This document shows, one piece after another, positions 1-8,525 of a stretch of 38,636 nt of DNA. The notes under the pieces are model-generated. The model was not told where the DNA came from and searched no databases. It saw only the letters and a program-made list of their open reading frames with translations. The stretch spans positions 1 to 38,636 of IMG/VR virus record IMGVR_UViG_3300049144_000125; one strand, given 5' to 3'. A program made the translations under genes and the position numbers. The DNA comes from a virus. Taxonomy: Duplodnaviria; Caudoviricetes. How positions within the stretch are numbered: the stretch's first letter is position 1; the number at the start of each line of letters is the position of its first letter.

Positions 1-1073
1 CATTCAACATGGCTAGTCGTTCTTGCAGGCCCATATATAGTTTCAACGGCTCCAAGGTTCCCAGCTTTGTTTGCATATTTTAATTTTGATAATAAAATTT
101 TGATAGCTTTCATTTCATCTTTTAATACAAAACTTAATATCCCACCGAACCCTCTCATTTGTTTCTTTGCGATATCATGATGTGGATGCGCTTCCAATCC
201 CGGGTAATAAACTGCGTCGACTAGCTTTTTCTTTTGAAGATACTTTGCAATTTCCATAGCACTTTTTTCTTGTTGCCGTACACGAAGCTTTAACGTTTTC
301 ATCCCTCTTAAAATAAGGTAGGCTGACCACGGGTCCATAGTTGCTCCATTAATTTCACGAAAATGATAGACCTTTTTCATTAATTTTTTAGAGCCACATA
401 CTATGCCACCTAATGCATCTGCATGTCCACTTAGAAATTTAGTTGCACTATGGACTACAATATCAACTCCTAATTGAAGAGGATTTTGATTAATTGGAGT
501 AGCAAACGTATTATCTATGATAACTAATGCACCCACTGATTTTCCGACTCTCGCTATCCTCTCAATATCAGTAACTTTCATGGTAGGGTTAGTAGGAGAC
601 TCTAAATATAGCACTTTACATCCTTTGACCACTTCAGCTTCAATTTCGTTATGGTTTCCGGTATTACATAATGTCACATCGACATCCAGATTGGGCAAGA
701 ATTCAGTAAAAATTTTATTGGTTCCTCCATAAGTATCTTTAACGGATACAACCCGATCTCCCGGTCTTAGAAATGTATATAATGTACTACTAATAGCAGC
801 CATTCCTGAAGAAAAACCTACAGCTTCCTCAGCCCCCTCGAGTATCCTCAATTTTTCTTCCAGGGCTTGAACAGTCGGATTTGCCATTCGATTATAGGTA
901 TAACCAGGTTTATTTCCAAGGGCAACTTCTTGCCATTCGTCTACGTCATCGTAATTGTAGGCTACACTAAGAACTACAGGAACTTGGGTTGCATTATAAG
1001 CAAGAGATTCTTTTTCTCCTGCCCATACCGCTTTTGTTCCATCTTGCACATCTTTAAAGTTATTCTCACTCAT
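1..1073 (-). CDS. PLP-dependent trans-sulfuration enzyme (cystathionine gamma-synthase / methionine gamma-lyase family), 3' end outside window
   Basis: Not in ORF track because it runs off the edge. Manual translation from ATG at 1073 (RBS GAGGTGG upstream): MSENNFKDVQDGTKAVWAGE...YNRMANPTVQALEEK...FSSGMAAIS...IVVHSATKFLSGHADALGG (PLP-lysine motif)...AGNLGAVETIYGPARTTSHVE. Confidence 0.92.
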   Translation of the reverse strand, partial: MSENNFKDVQDGTKAVWAGEKESLAYNATQVPVVLSVAYNYDDVDEWQEVALGNKPGYTYNRMANPTVQALEEKLRILEGAEEAVGFSSGMAAISSTLYTFLRPGDRVVSVKDTYGGTNKIFTEFLPNLDVDVTLCNTGNHNEIEAEVVKGCKVLYLESPTNPTMKVTDIERIARVGKSVGALVIIDNTFATPINQNPLQLGVDIVVHSATKFLSGHADALGGIVCGSKKLMKKVYHFREINGATMDPWSAYLILRGMKTLKLRVRQQEKSAMEIAKYLQKKKLVDAVYYPGLEAHPHHDIAKKQMRGFGGILSFVLKDEMKAIKILLSKLKYANKAGNLGAVETIYGPARTTSHVE

Positions 1074-1134
1074 ATTTTTCCACCTCTAATCTTATAACTT
1101 TGTAAAATGGTCTTATTAAAACTTGAATTTTATT

Positions 1135-1587
1135 TTGTATATAATATATTGTATATTTTATACTCCAAAAAAAAGCCTCCTTCCATATTTCAGTTTTACC
1201 AATGTTTTCTTGGGTTTATTTCTTAACATTAAGGTATCCAAATAGTTTAAAAATCTTAAAACAAAAGCGCACAATATACTTTGTATTGTATATTGTATAT
1301 AGTACAGAATAGTCTGAAAATATTTTACATACCGAATTATACAATTAACATATCTATTTTTCAACGCTTTATTATTTTATTCTTAAAAATTCTTTAAACC
1401 ACCTTTTTTTAAGGCTATATACTATATCAACTTGAATCACTTAAAACAACAATTCATAAATAAATATGGAATTAAGAATCGTTTTATACCTTAAATATAA
1501 TAAATAATAGAGATATTGAAGTCTTTAAAAGAAGGTGCTAATATAAAAGACAAGAATTTCTAATTATATATTGTATACTATATAATA
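1135..1587. promoter_or_regulatory. Three clusters of TTGTATA-like heptads (1135-1156, 1281-1306, 1570-1587), candidate GntR operators
   Basis: TTGTATATAATATATTGTATAT, TTGTATTGTATATTGTATATAGTACA and ATTGTATACTATATAATA lie in the divergent intergenic region and resemble GntR-type GT-N-AC/TGTATA boxes. Confidence 0.5.
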
Positions 1588-1614
1588 TTAATTTTTGGCT
1601 TAGGAGGAAACGCT

Positions 1615-2259
1615 ATCAAAAATAAATATCAATCATTAAAAGATCTCGTATATGATTATATAACTGAAAGAATTCAGAACGGAACCTTACTTCCTAAGCA
1701 TAAGATAAATGAATCGGTATTATGCGAAAAATTGGGAGTAAGTAGAACTCCTGTAAGGGAAGCTTTGATACAACTAGCTTCAGACAATTTGCTCGAGTAT
1801 CTTCCTAGAAAAGGATTTATTGTAAAAGAACTTGATACCAAGAAAAAGCTAGATGTTTTTCGAATTGTTAGTGTATTGGATTCTTTAGCAGCCTCTTTAT
1901 CTTTAGAACATATCACAGAAACCGATATTGAACGTATGGAAGATTTGGTTAAGAAAATTGAATTTTCAATTTCAACAAAAAATTATTTAGATTATCAAAA
2001 ATACCAAAATCAATTCCATAAAGTATATATTGACAAATGCAATAATCCTACATTAATAGATCTTCTTGATTCTTTACAAAATAGTTTTGTTAGACAAATT
2101 TATTTAAGCAATAATGAAGAAAAGCTTTTCGCCGTATTAGAGGAAATGAATGAAGATCATAAAGAAATTACTAATTATTTCAAAAAAAGAGATAAAGAGA
2201 ATTTAGAGCAACTCATTAAGAATAAACATTGGGAAATAACTCATTTAGATATGATATAG
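1615..2259 (+). CDS. GntR family (FCD subfamily) transcriptional regulator
   Basis: The ORF-track start at 1732 is mid-HTH (LGVSRTPVREAL). The open frame extends to ATC at 1615, 7 nt after AGGAGG (1602-1607), adding IKNKYQSLKDLVYDYITERIQNGTLLPKHKINESVLCEKL, the typical wHTH N-terminus. C-terminal FCD features: N..FH, EDH..I. Confidence 0.88.
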   Translation: MKNKYQSLKDLVYDYITERIQNGTLLPKHKINESVLCEKLGVSRTPVREALIQLASDNLLEYLPRKGFIVKELDTKKKLDVFRIVSVLDSLAASLSLEHITETDIERMEDLVKKIEFSISTKNYLDYQKYQNQFHKVYIDKCNNPTLIDLLDSLQNSFVRQIYLSNNEEKLFAVLEEMNEDHKEITNYFKKRDKENLEQLIKNKHWEITHLDMI

Positions 2260-2443
2260 TTCATAACATAAGCTATCTTATAAGAAATACAAAACCCATA
2301 GTCTGTCTAAATCCATGGGCCATCAAGAAGATTGCCACCCATCTATCCAGAATCGGATTGGTGGGTGGGAGTCGATAATCCCGTTATCTTACCTCCACCT
2401 CCATATATATTTAGAGACGTTTACATTGCATAATAGTTCCAGC

Positions 2444-2537
2444 CTTTAAAACTAAATTGCCCCGATAGTTCCATAAAGAAAAAGCTGCCTTAAAGACAGC
2501 TCTGATCCTCAGCTAACGCACCGGTTAGTTCTATAAG
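2444..2537 (+). repeat. Two tandem copies of a ~30-bp imperfect palindromic repeat (AACTAA-N7-9-TTAGTT family)
   Basis: CTTTAAAACTAAATTGCCCCGATAGTTCCATAAAG (2444-2478) and CTCAGCTAACGCACCGGTTAGTTCTATAAG (2508-2537). Confidence 0.75.
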
Positions 2538-2721
2538 AAAAGCGAAACTTCTTCAAGAATCGCGCCCTTTTCTTTTCGAAATGGAACAGCCATTCTTCAA
2601 GATTACTAATCCGGTAAAATAGATCATAGTAGGGTTCTCTCTCGGTGTCGCTAAAAAAGACCCGTTCCTCGTCGATTTGCAGGGACGATATCATTGATGA
2701 TCTTTCAAGATATCCAAGAAA

Positions 2722-3303
2722 CTAACTTTTGATAAAACCTGTTTTAAATAAATCATACCATTCTTTTAGTTCTTTACCTTCCAAAACATCCAATTTACTT
2801 AAAATATCTCTTGAAAATTCTAGTGCTCCACTTCCATTAGCTGTGATTAGACAGGCATCACTAACAGATTGTGCTTCTATATATTTTTCATCGCCTCGAT
2901 AATTAGGTGCACCTTCTTTTAAATAAGGCAATGAATTACCTGTATGTTTATAATGATCAAGAAATCCATGATTCCCTAAAAAGGTAGTTGCATCACAAAT
3001 TGCAGCAACCGGGATATCCTTTCCAAAACAAAAATCCACAAGCTTCTTTGCCTGATGATTTTTTTCTTCTCTCCATCCAGTTCCGCCAGGAATAATCAAC
3101 ATCACAAATTCCAATTTAAAAGAAAAGTCTTGTAAGCTATAATCCGGAAGAACAGTCAATCCACCCATTGAAATTTTGGGATCCTTGTCAATCGCAATTG
3201 TCTGAACTTGAAATCCCGTCCCTGGTTTATTTAACTCTGCAGTCACATAACTTGCTTCCCAATCTGAAAAACCATCTGTAATAAAAACTAACACTTTTTT
3301 CAT
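2722..3303 (-). CDS. DJ-1/PfpI family type 1 glutamine amidotransferase-like protein
   Basis: MKKVLVFITDGFSDWE, IIPGG, VAAICDAT (catalytic Cys), LITANG. RBS GGGAGG precedes ATG at 3303, not the ORF-track start 3348. Confidence 0.92.
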   Translation of the reverse strand: MKKVLVFITDGFSDWEASYVTAELNKPGTGFQVQTIAIDKDPKISMGGLTVLPDYSLQDFSFKLEFVMLIIPGGTGWREEKNHQAKKLVDFCFGKDIPVAAICDATTFLGNHGFLDHYKHTGNSLPYLKEGAPNYRGDEKYIEAQSVSDACLITANGSGALEFSRDILSKLDVLEGKELKEWYDLFKTGFIKS

Positions 3304-3417
3304 TTGTATGTCCTCCCTATTTCTTGATAAATGTATCCAACACACCATAAAATAACTTCACTGCATATTCCGTCAGTTGGGTTTTTAGATGTTACAAAAT
3401 AATACTGATATGACTCA

Positions 3418-3449
3418 CTTCGAAATCATGCAACCGTTAGTTCATTAAG
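3418..3449 (+). repeat. Degenerate copy of the palindromic repeat
   Basis: CTTCGAAATCATGCAACCGTTAGTTCATTAAG. The right half TTAGTTCATTAAG is identical to the copy at 13516-13528. Confidence 0.6.
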
Positions 3450-3504
3450 AAAAGCAATTACGTGAATATCTAATCTCTAACCTGAAAAATGATTATTTTG
3501 ATTA

Positions 3505-3913
3505 TTGCTCTCATAAATTCTTGAATTACTTTCCCCAAGGATGGTACCCGTCACCTATATAAGTGAATCCATATTTTTCATAGTATGCAATGTGGTCAGT
3601 ACGAAGGAAAACTTTATTGAATCCTGCTTTTTCGGCATCAGCTTTAGCACGTAAAAGTAGCTCTTTACCTTAAGACCTACCATGATAGCTATTTTCAATA
3701 TAGAGAGCACATATCCAAGGCCATAAATCCAGACGACTAATAAAATCAATGCTAATAAGACCTGCGCAGTCAATAATTTCACCAGAACCCTTCATTAAAT
3801 ACCAAATAGGGAACGGACTATCTGTTGTTATGCTGTGGTTATACAGTCCTCATATACTTTCATACTGGTTTCGTTTGGCCATTTGCACTGAAAATATTTT
3901 ATTGCTTTTTCTA
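3505..3913 (-). pseudogene. GNAT family acetyltransferase remnant (5' truncated, frameshifted, internal stops)
   Basis: Joining frames gives EKAIKYFQCKWPNETSMKVYEDCIT/fs ~3836/SITTDSPFPIWYLMKGSGEIIDCAGLISIDFISRLDLWPWICALYIENSYHGRS*GKELLLRAKADAEKAGFNKVFLRTDHIAYYEKYGFTYIGDGYHPWG, showing GNAT motifs A and B. Confidence 0.82.
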
Positions 3914-3937
3914 CTGGAATCGAGCTACACCCGTTCA

Positions 3938-4321
3938 TTAAATTAATATTGGTTCGTGTGGTATCAATATTCGTAGTTGCTCTGGGTGCCGTATGGATAA
4001 ATCGAGTCCGATAACAGCACAGAGCTGCTTCCAAATACGTACCGGTTCATCAGTCAATTTAGCTAGCAGACGGTGAACGCCGTCGCTATTTGTCTTCACA
4101 CGGTAATTCTCAGTTTGATGTAAGAGACTAATGCGGGAATGTCCACGGCGATCGTATGTAACCACTGTGTACCGGTTAGCAAGATTATAGTGGGCTAATT
4201 AGAATTTATCTGCGTCTCCACCTCCACCATGCATCATCAAAAATAGAGGACCAGAGCCACGCACTTCATAATAGAGTATCACCCCAGACACCGCCAATGT
4301 CCCATTCCTGATTCCAAGCAT
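3938..4321 (-). pseudogene. Alpha/beta hydrolase N-terminal remnant
   Basis: ATG 4321 after RBS AAAGGAGG: MLGIRNGTLAVSGVILYYEVRGSGPLFLMMHGGGGDADKF*...VVTYDRRGHSR...IGLDLSIRHPEQLRILIPHEP. Internal TAA at ~4200, disrupted nucleophile elbow, C-terminal half missing. Confidence 0.85.
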
Positions 4322-4370
4322 TTATAACTCCCCCTCCTTTTTTTCTATTCTTGGGTAACATTTATAATTC

Positions 4371-4402
4371 CTTCTTTAACTTACCGCCCGATAGTTTCAA
4401 AG
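4371..4402 (+). repeat. Copy of the palindromic repeat
   Basis: CTTCTTTAACTTACCGCCCGATAGTTTCAAAG. Shares the CCCGATAGTT core with the 2444 copy. Confidence 0.65.
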
Positions 4403-4556
4403 TCTGCCTCTGCATCCAGGGAATTAAAGAAAAACACTTGATCTAAGTGTGGAACTCACTCTTTCTCCTCTGTTAAGGAATCAAAAAGTTAAATGGTCAT
4501 ACTTCATTACTCTTAATCATAAGGAACAAGGAGAACATTTATTAGGGGGTGTCTTT

Positions 4557-5273
4557 ATGAGAACAAGTTATAGAAGATGGACAGAGTTTCCTTACCCAGG
4601 GGAAAGTCTCCCGCCTAAAGGTTCTCCAGAGGCAGGAAATTGGCCAATGTTTTTTATTTCAAGGGGAAGAGATAATGATTTCCTGGACCCCTTTCATCAA
4701 CGAATCAGTTGGCGAGTTAAAAATCCACTTGATATTGATTGGGAAACAGAGTTATTCATTGTAGAAGAGACATTAAAGTCATTGACTTCCCAGCAAATAC
4801 GGATCGCACAATATTGGGGAACAGGTGAATTAACGGCGAAAATTACTACTCTAATTTTCAATTTAGCTGAAAAGTATATGCTGGGGTCCCCGAATGTTGC
4901 AAGGGTTCAGAGTTATTTCCACGCGGCTATGAATGATACCTTTGTTATCACGTGGTTTTTAAAATATTATTGGGATGTTGCACGTCCAAATCAATATGGC
5001 AGAAATCTGTCTACTGTGCTGTTTACCCCTCGTTTTCCAGCTTATCCTTCTGCACACGCAACAGTGGCAGGCTGTACAGAGACAGTATTAAGTTATTTCT
5101 TCCCCCAAGAGTCTACAGAATTTAAAAAAATAATGGAAGAAAGCGCTCAATCTCGTTTGTACGCTGGGGTACATTTTAATATGGATAATAAGGAAGGTTT
5201 AAGTTTAGGCAGACAAATTGGAGAGATAATTGTAAGCTTTTTAAGGGCACAAAATCTAAATACGCTTCAATAA
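4557..5273 (+). CDS. Vanadium-dependent haloperoxidase / PAP2 superfamily protein
   Basis: Motifs KYYWDVARP, PAYPSAH, SRLYAGVHF. RBS AGGGGGT before ATG at 4557. Confidence 0.9.
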   Translation: MRTSYRRWTEFPYPGESLPPKGSPEAGNWPMFFISRGRDNDFLDPFHQRISWRVKNPLDIDWETELFIVEETLKSLTSQQIRIAQYWGTGELTAKITTLIFNLAEKYMLGSPNVARVQSYFHAAMNDTFVITWFLKYYWDVARPNQYGRNLSTVLFTPRFPAYPSAHATVAGCTETVLSYFFPQESTEFKKIMEESAQSRLYAGVHFNMDNKEGLSLGRQIGEIIVSFLRAQNLNTLQ

Positions 5274-5280
5274 TATTTTG

Positions 5281-5312
5281 GGTTCAGGTTGTGCTAACCT
5301 GAACCTTTATTT
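5281..5312 (+). terminator. Intrinsic terminator
   Basis: GGTTCAGGTT-GTGCT-AACCTGAACC followed by TTTATTT, 8 nt after the stop codon. Confidence 0.8.
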
Positions 5313-5314
5313 AA

Positions 5315-5378
5315 ATAAAGAAAGAGCTGCATAAAGTCAGCCCCGACCTTCAGCTAAAGCACCTGTTAGTGGACCAAG
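5315..5378 (+). repeat. Palindromic repeat copy with extended left flank similar to 2473-2530
   Basis: ATAAAGAAAGAGCTGCATAAAGTCAGCCCCGACCTTCAGCTAAAGCACCTGTTAGT vs ATAAAGAAAAAGCTGCCTTAAAGACAGCTCTGATCCTCAGCTAACGCACCGGTTAGT. Confidence 0.78.
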
Positions 5379-6482
5379 ACTATATAGTCTTCCATAGCTA
5401 ACCAATCTACTATTATACCTGCCAAAGAATAGATTCCTTGCAATAAATATCTAATATTATAAAAAGATAGGCCCTTTAAAGTCTCTCTATTAAATGTTAG
5501 GTTAATCGAAAAAGGATAAGGGATCTGATACTTCACAAAAGTTACAAATATAAAATATACTTATAAATAGAAAAACTATTACGTAGAGATATTAATAGTG
5601 AAAAGTTAAGTGAATGCCAAATTAAGGGGAGGAATTTTCTTATAAGTCCTATGTAGTTACCTTATAGGAAATCTCCAATCCCTTTCCTTTGATTGAGCAG
5701 TTTTGGATGTATTAATAAAATTATTTGATCCTACTTGATACATTAAGATAGCTCCACCTGCTGGAGTACTTTTCACACCTAGGATAAAACTAATAATAAG
5801 CCCTGGCAATCTATCTGTTAATCGTTATTTATAAAAAGAGAAGTAGAAAAGACTTAGATTTTTTCTTGCCATTCTTTAGCTTAACGATTCCTCTATTCTT
5901 GCATATCTTCGTATGGTCAATACCTTTATTTATCATTGCTTATACATGTATTGAACTTTTCGCGCCTTATCATTCTATGGATGAAACTAATCAAATTAAT
6001 ATAATTATGTATACGATAATCGGAATTGCCATTAACATAATGAATAAACTTTAAAAAGATATTTAACTGAGCACCTGCACCTTATTGGTGCTTTTTTATT
6101 TCCTCCTCACAGATCCACCGACTGGTTTAATTCTTCTTTTTTTCTTTGGCTTGGAATCAGGTTTATTCGGATTGCTGAAATAGTTTAGGTAAATGGGTGA
6201 TAAAAGCGCAAACCACAAAACCAATAAAGCGACTACTACACTGGCAGTTTATGTTGAAGACACGCGTTTAAGAAATTTAACATGAAGGTGAAGAGAGGTG
6301 TAAATATGATAAAGTACCATTTGCATACTTCAATGGAATTGGGGATTGTGAAAAATTTATTGGACAAGTTATATTTTGATGTGAGACTTATCATCAATTA
6401 AATAACCATAAAAACTAACATTTTAGGATAATATATGATATTTTAACCTTGATATGTTTGCATATAAAAAGGAGGTGAATCT

Positions 6483-6779
6483 ATGAAAAAAATAATTAGT
6501 ATAGTAACACTAATAGTTTTATACTGGATTGTTTTATTAACGTATAGCGATAACTTAGAATATGATTCAATATTTTATTTAGCAAGTTCCTTATTCATTT
6601 TATCTTTAATTTTTATATGTTTCTTAAAAATTAAAGATAAGATAAATATATTTATTTTAATTGCGCTTTTAAATATCTCGGCAATTTATTTAACTGTTAA
6701 TTTTCTTATAGGCATAATACTTTTTTTTGCTTTAATCGTGATTTTATGTCTTTCTATTTATTTATATATAAGTAAATAG
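6483..6779 (+). CDS. Small multi-pass membrane protein (possible immunity protein)
   Basis: Strong RBS AAGGAGGTGA; 98 aa, about 4 hydrophobic segments. Confidence 0.75.
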   Translation: MKKIISIVTLIVLYWIVLLTYSDNLEYDSIFYLASSLFILSLIFICFLKIKDKINIFILIALLNISAIYLTVNFLIGIILFFALIVILCLSIYLYISK

Positions 6780-6885
6780 TAACATGATAATAAAAAAAGT
6801 AGTAATATTCTGAGTATTTATTCCTATTTTCCTTTTTTTATGGTAGGTTTATATATGTACATGTACATATATTTAAAAGGAAGGA

Positions 6886-7659
6886 ATGAAGGCGATGAAT
6901 TTTAAAAAAAGAACTACATTTTTCATGAGTTTTATATTATTACTTGGTACAGTATTAGTCGCCCTACCAAGTAAAACTTCAGCCAATTCTGAAATACCCA
7001 TATTAGATGAATCTTTAACAATAATTAATGAAACCGATGAGAAGTTCGATTATATTTTATCAATCGATGGCAATCAAATCCGGTATATTGAAATAACGGA
7101 GGTTATGGATGATGGATCTAAAATTATCCATACAAAATCTTATAACGAAGAGACAAATGAATTATTACAAGATTTTGAAACAATTATTAAAGATGAAAAA
7201 ATAACTGATCAGGAAATCTATAAAAATGAAGAAATGCCTGAGCCTAATATAGAGAATACAGGCCCAGTTTTTGTACCATTTGCTTCTACAACAAGTAACA
7301 AATCATTAGTTTCTGTTTTAAACATGAGCTATAAAAAGAACTATTCTACAAACAAAGGTACTGCAACCTATGCGAAATCCGGCACTAAAACAGCTAAACT
7401 TAGTTCTAAAACATTTGATACTCATGCTAGAGCGATAGATTCTATAAGAGGTGTAGAAAATGGAACTTTAGCTGGTTGGTTAATCGCTGCTTTTACAGGT
7501 GGTGGTTTAACAGCAGGCAAAATAATTTCTTTACAAACCCTTAAGACAGTCATTAAAAACGTTGCAGGTCCTGTTGCTGTTGTAGCTAATGCTTGGGCTT
7601 TGGGACAATGGATGTATTACTATAATACAATTTCCTCCAACTTCTCTAAAATTAAGTAA
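6886..7659 (+). CDS. Secreted protein, possible large (geobacillin-26-like) bacteriocin/toxin
   Basis: Sec signal (KKRTT-hydrophobic-TSA/NS), acidic pro-like region, basic C-terminal half with Gly/Ala-rich hydrophobic helices. The family call is by resemblance only. Confidence 0.55.
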   Translation: MKAMNFKKRTTFFMSFILLLGTVLVALPSKTSANSEIPILDESLTIINETDEKFDYILSIDGNQIRYIEITEVMDDGSKIIHTKSYNEETNELLQDFETIIKDEKITDQEIYKNEEMPEPNIENTGPVFVPFASTTSNKSLVSVLNMSYKKNYSTNKGTATYAKSGTKTAKLSSKTFDTHARAIDSIRGVENGTLAGWLIAAFTGGGLTAGKIISLQTLKTVIKNVAGPVAVVANAWALGQWMYYYNTISSNFSKIK

Positions 7660-7671
7660 ATTTCTACCGTA

Positions 7672-7736
7672 AAAAAGCATTAGTTTAATAAAAATATATA
7701 GGTTTTTACCTATATATTTTTATCCTAATGCTTTTT
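7672..7736. terminator. Long inverted repeat, bidirectional terminator
   Basis: AAAAAGCATTAG..ATAAAAATATATAGGT-TTTT-ACCTATATATTTTTAT.CTAATGCTTTTT. Confidence 0.75.
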
Positions 7737-7813
7737 ATCAGAATTTATTTAAAGAAAAGAATCGTCCAGAAAGACTAATTAAAGGGTAAAATTTGCTTTA
7801 TCCAGCAAACAAT

Positions 7814-8124
7814 TCAGTGAAAGTAGATTTCCCCCCTTCCTATCAACTGAAATATCACCTCTTTCTGGTTAGCTAATGCAGTTTCAGTACCTTTTCCAAA
7901 GATAGAATCGAGTGATCCAGGGCTATGTCCTTCAGTATAAAGTGGAGCCTGTAGAATCCATGAAAGTTTGCCTTTTGCACCTTTTTTGACAGTGACAATT
8001 GCTGCTCTAGTCTTAGGTCCCCATTTTCCATCCATACTAATTTTTTATTGTATTGTTTATTAAGTTCTATTTGAAAGGCTTTGATAAGAGCTGACTTAGT
8101 TTTGGGTCCCGGAATGCCATCCAC
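7814..8124 (-). pseudogene. Phage endolysin C-terminal peptidoglycan-binding domain remnant
   Basis: Two overlapping frames (DGIPGPKTKSALIKAFQIELNKQYNKKLV / DGKWGPKTRAAIVTVKKGAKGKLSWILQAPLYTEGHSPGSLDSIFGKGTETAL) closely parallel the endolysin tail at 13602-13935. Confidence 0.88.
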
Positions 8125-8194
8125 ATTATGCCCAGTTGAATATGAAATAGCATGAAATGTGGTCAGCCAGCCAGTTCCCTTTCATTTTATAAAA

Positions 8195-8241
8195 ATAAAA
8201 AAAGCCTTGGTAACTGAGAAACTCAGTTATACCAAGGCTTT
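8195..8241 (-). terminator. Terminator downstream of the glnA 3' fragment
   Basis: AAAGCCTTGG-TAACTGAG-AAA-CTCAGTTA-TA-CCAAGGCTTT with an A-run to the left (U-tract on minus strand). Confidence 0.75.
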
Positions 8242-8248
8242 AAAGCTT

Positions 8249-8304
8249 TTAATACATTGACATATATTGTTCGCGTTCCCATGGGTGAACTTGTGTTCTA
8301 AACA
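8249..8304 (-). other. glnA: Prophage attachment site: detached 3' end of the glutamine synthetase gene
   Basis: Minus strand reads FRTQVHPWEREQYMSMY*, the characteristic Bacillus GlnA C-terminus, with no glnA sequence upstream of it. Confidence 0.9.
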
Positions 8305-8406
8305 AGTTTTTACTTTTCATGACCTTAAATACCATTATAAAAAACCTTTATTATTGAGGATTTTTTATATTCACTTTTCATTTGATATCGCAACTTTTCG
8401 CGAGTT

Positions 8407-8437
8407 TGTGGGTAGATTGTGGGTAAAAATGTGGGTA
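8407..8437 (+). repeat. Three direct repeats TGTGGGTA, likely integrase arm-type binding sites
   Basis: Copies at 8407, 8418 and 8430 (11-12 bp period), about 100 bp inside the att core. Confidence 0.72.
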
Positions 8438-8525
8438 CATCTATTTCATTTTATTTCATCAAAAGTCTTAACCTCTCCTCTCAAACTTTGTTCCTTTATC
8501 CATGGTGTACAATTACACATTTCTT

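Noticed and set aside
517-1097. Plus-strand ORFs 517-732 and 867-1097
   Set aside because: Antisense shadows of the minus-strand PLP enzyme gene
1074-1600. Possible S-box or T-box riboswitch upstream of the sulfur-metabolism gene; ORF 1158-1364
   Set aside because: No S-box or T-box consensus visible; region is extremely AT-rich and better explained by promoters and operators; the ORF lacks an RBS
2509-2694. 61-aa minus-strand ORF
   Set aside because: No RBS, runs through a repeat site and has no recognisable motif; at most a gene remnant
3555-4034. ORF-track calls 3555-3782, 3749-3946 and 3828-4034 as genes
   Set aside because: Out-of-frame or antisense pieces of the GNAT and hydrolase pseudogenes
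2444-5378. Palindromic repeats as a CRISPR array
   Set aside because: Copies are degenerate and mostly ~0.9-1 kb apart with genes between them; no cas genes
5866-6250. ORF 5866-6054 and a startless minus-strand frame at ~6096-6247
   Set aside because: No convincing RBS/start or recognisable family
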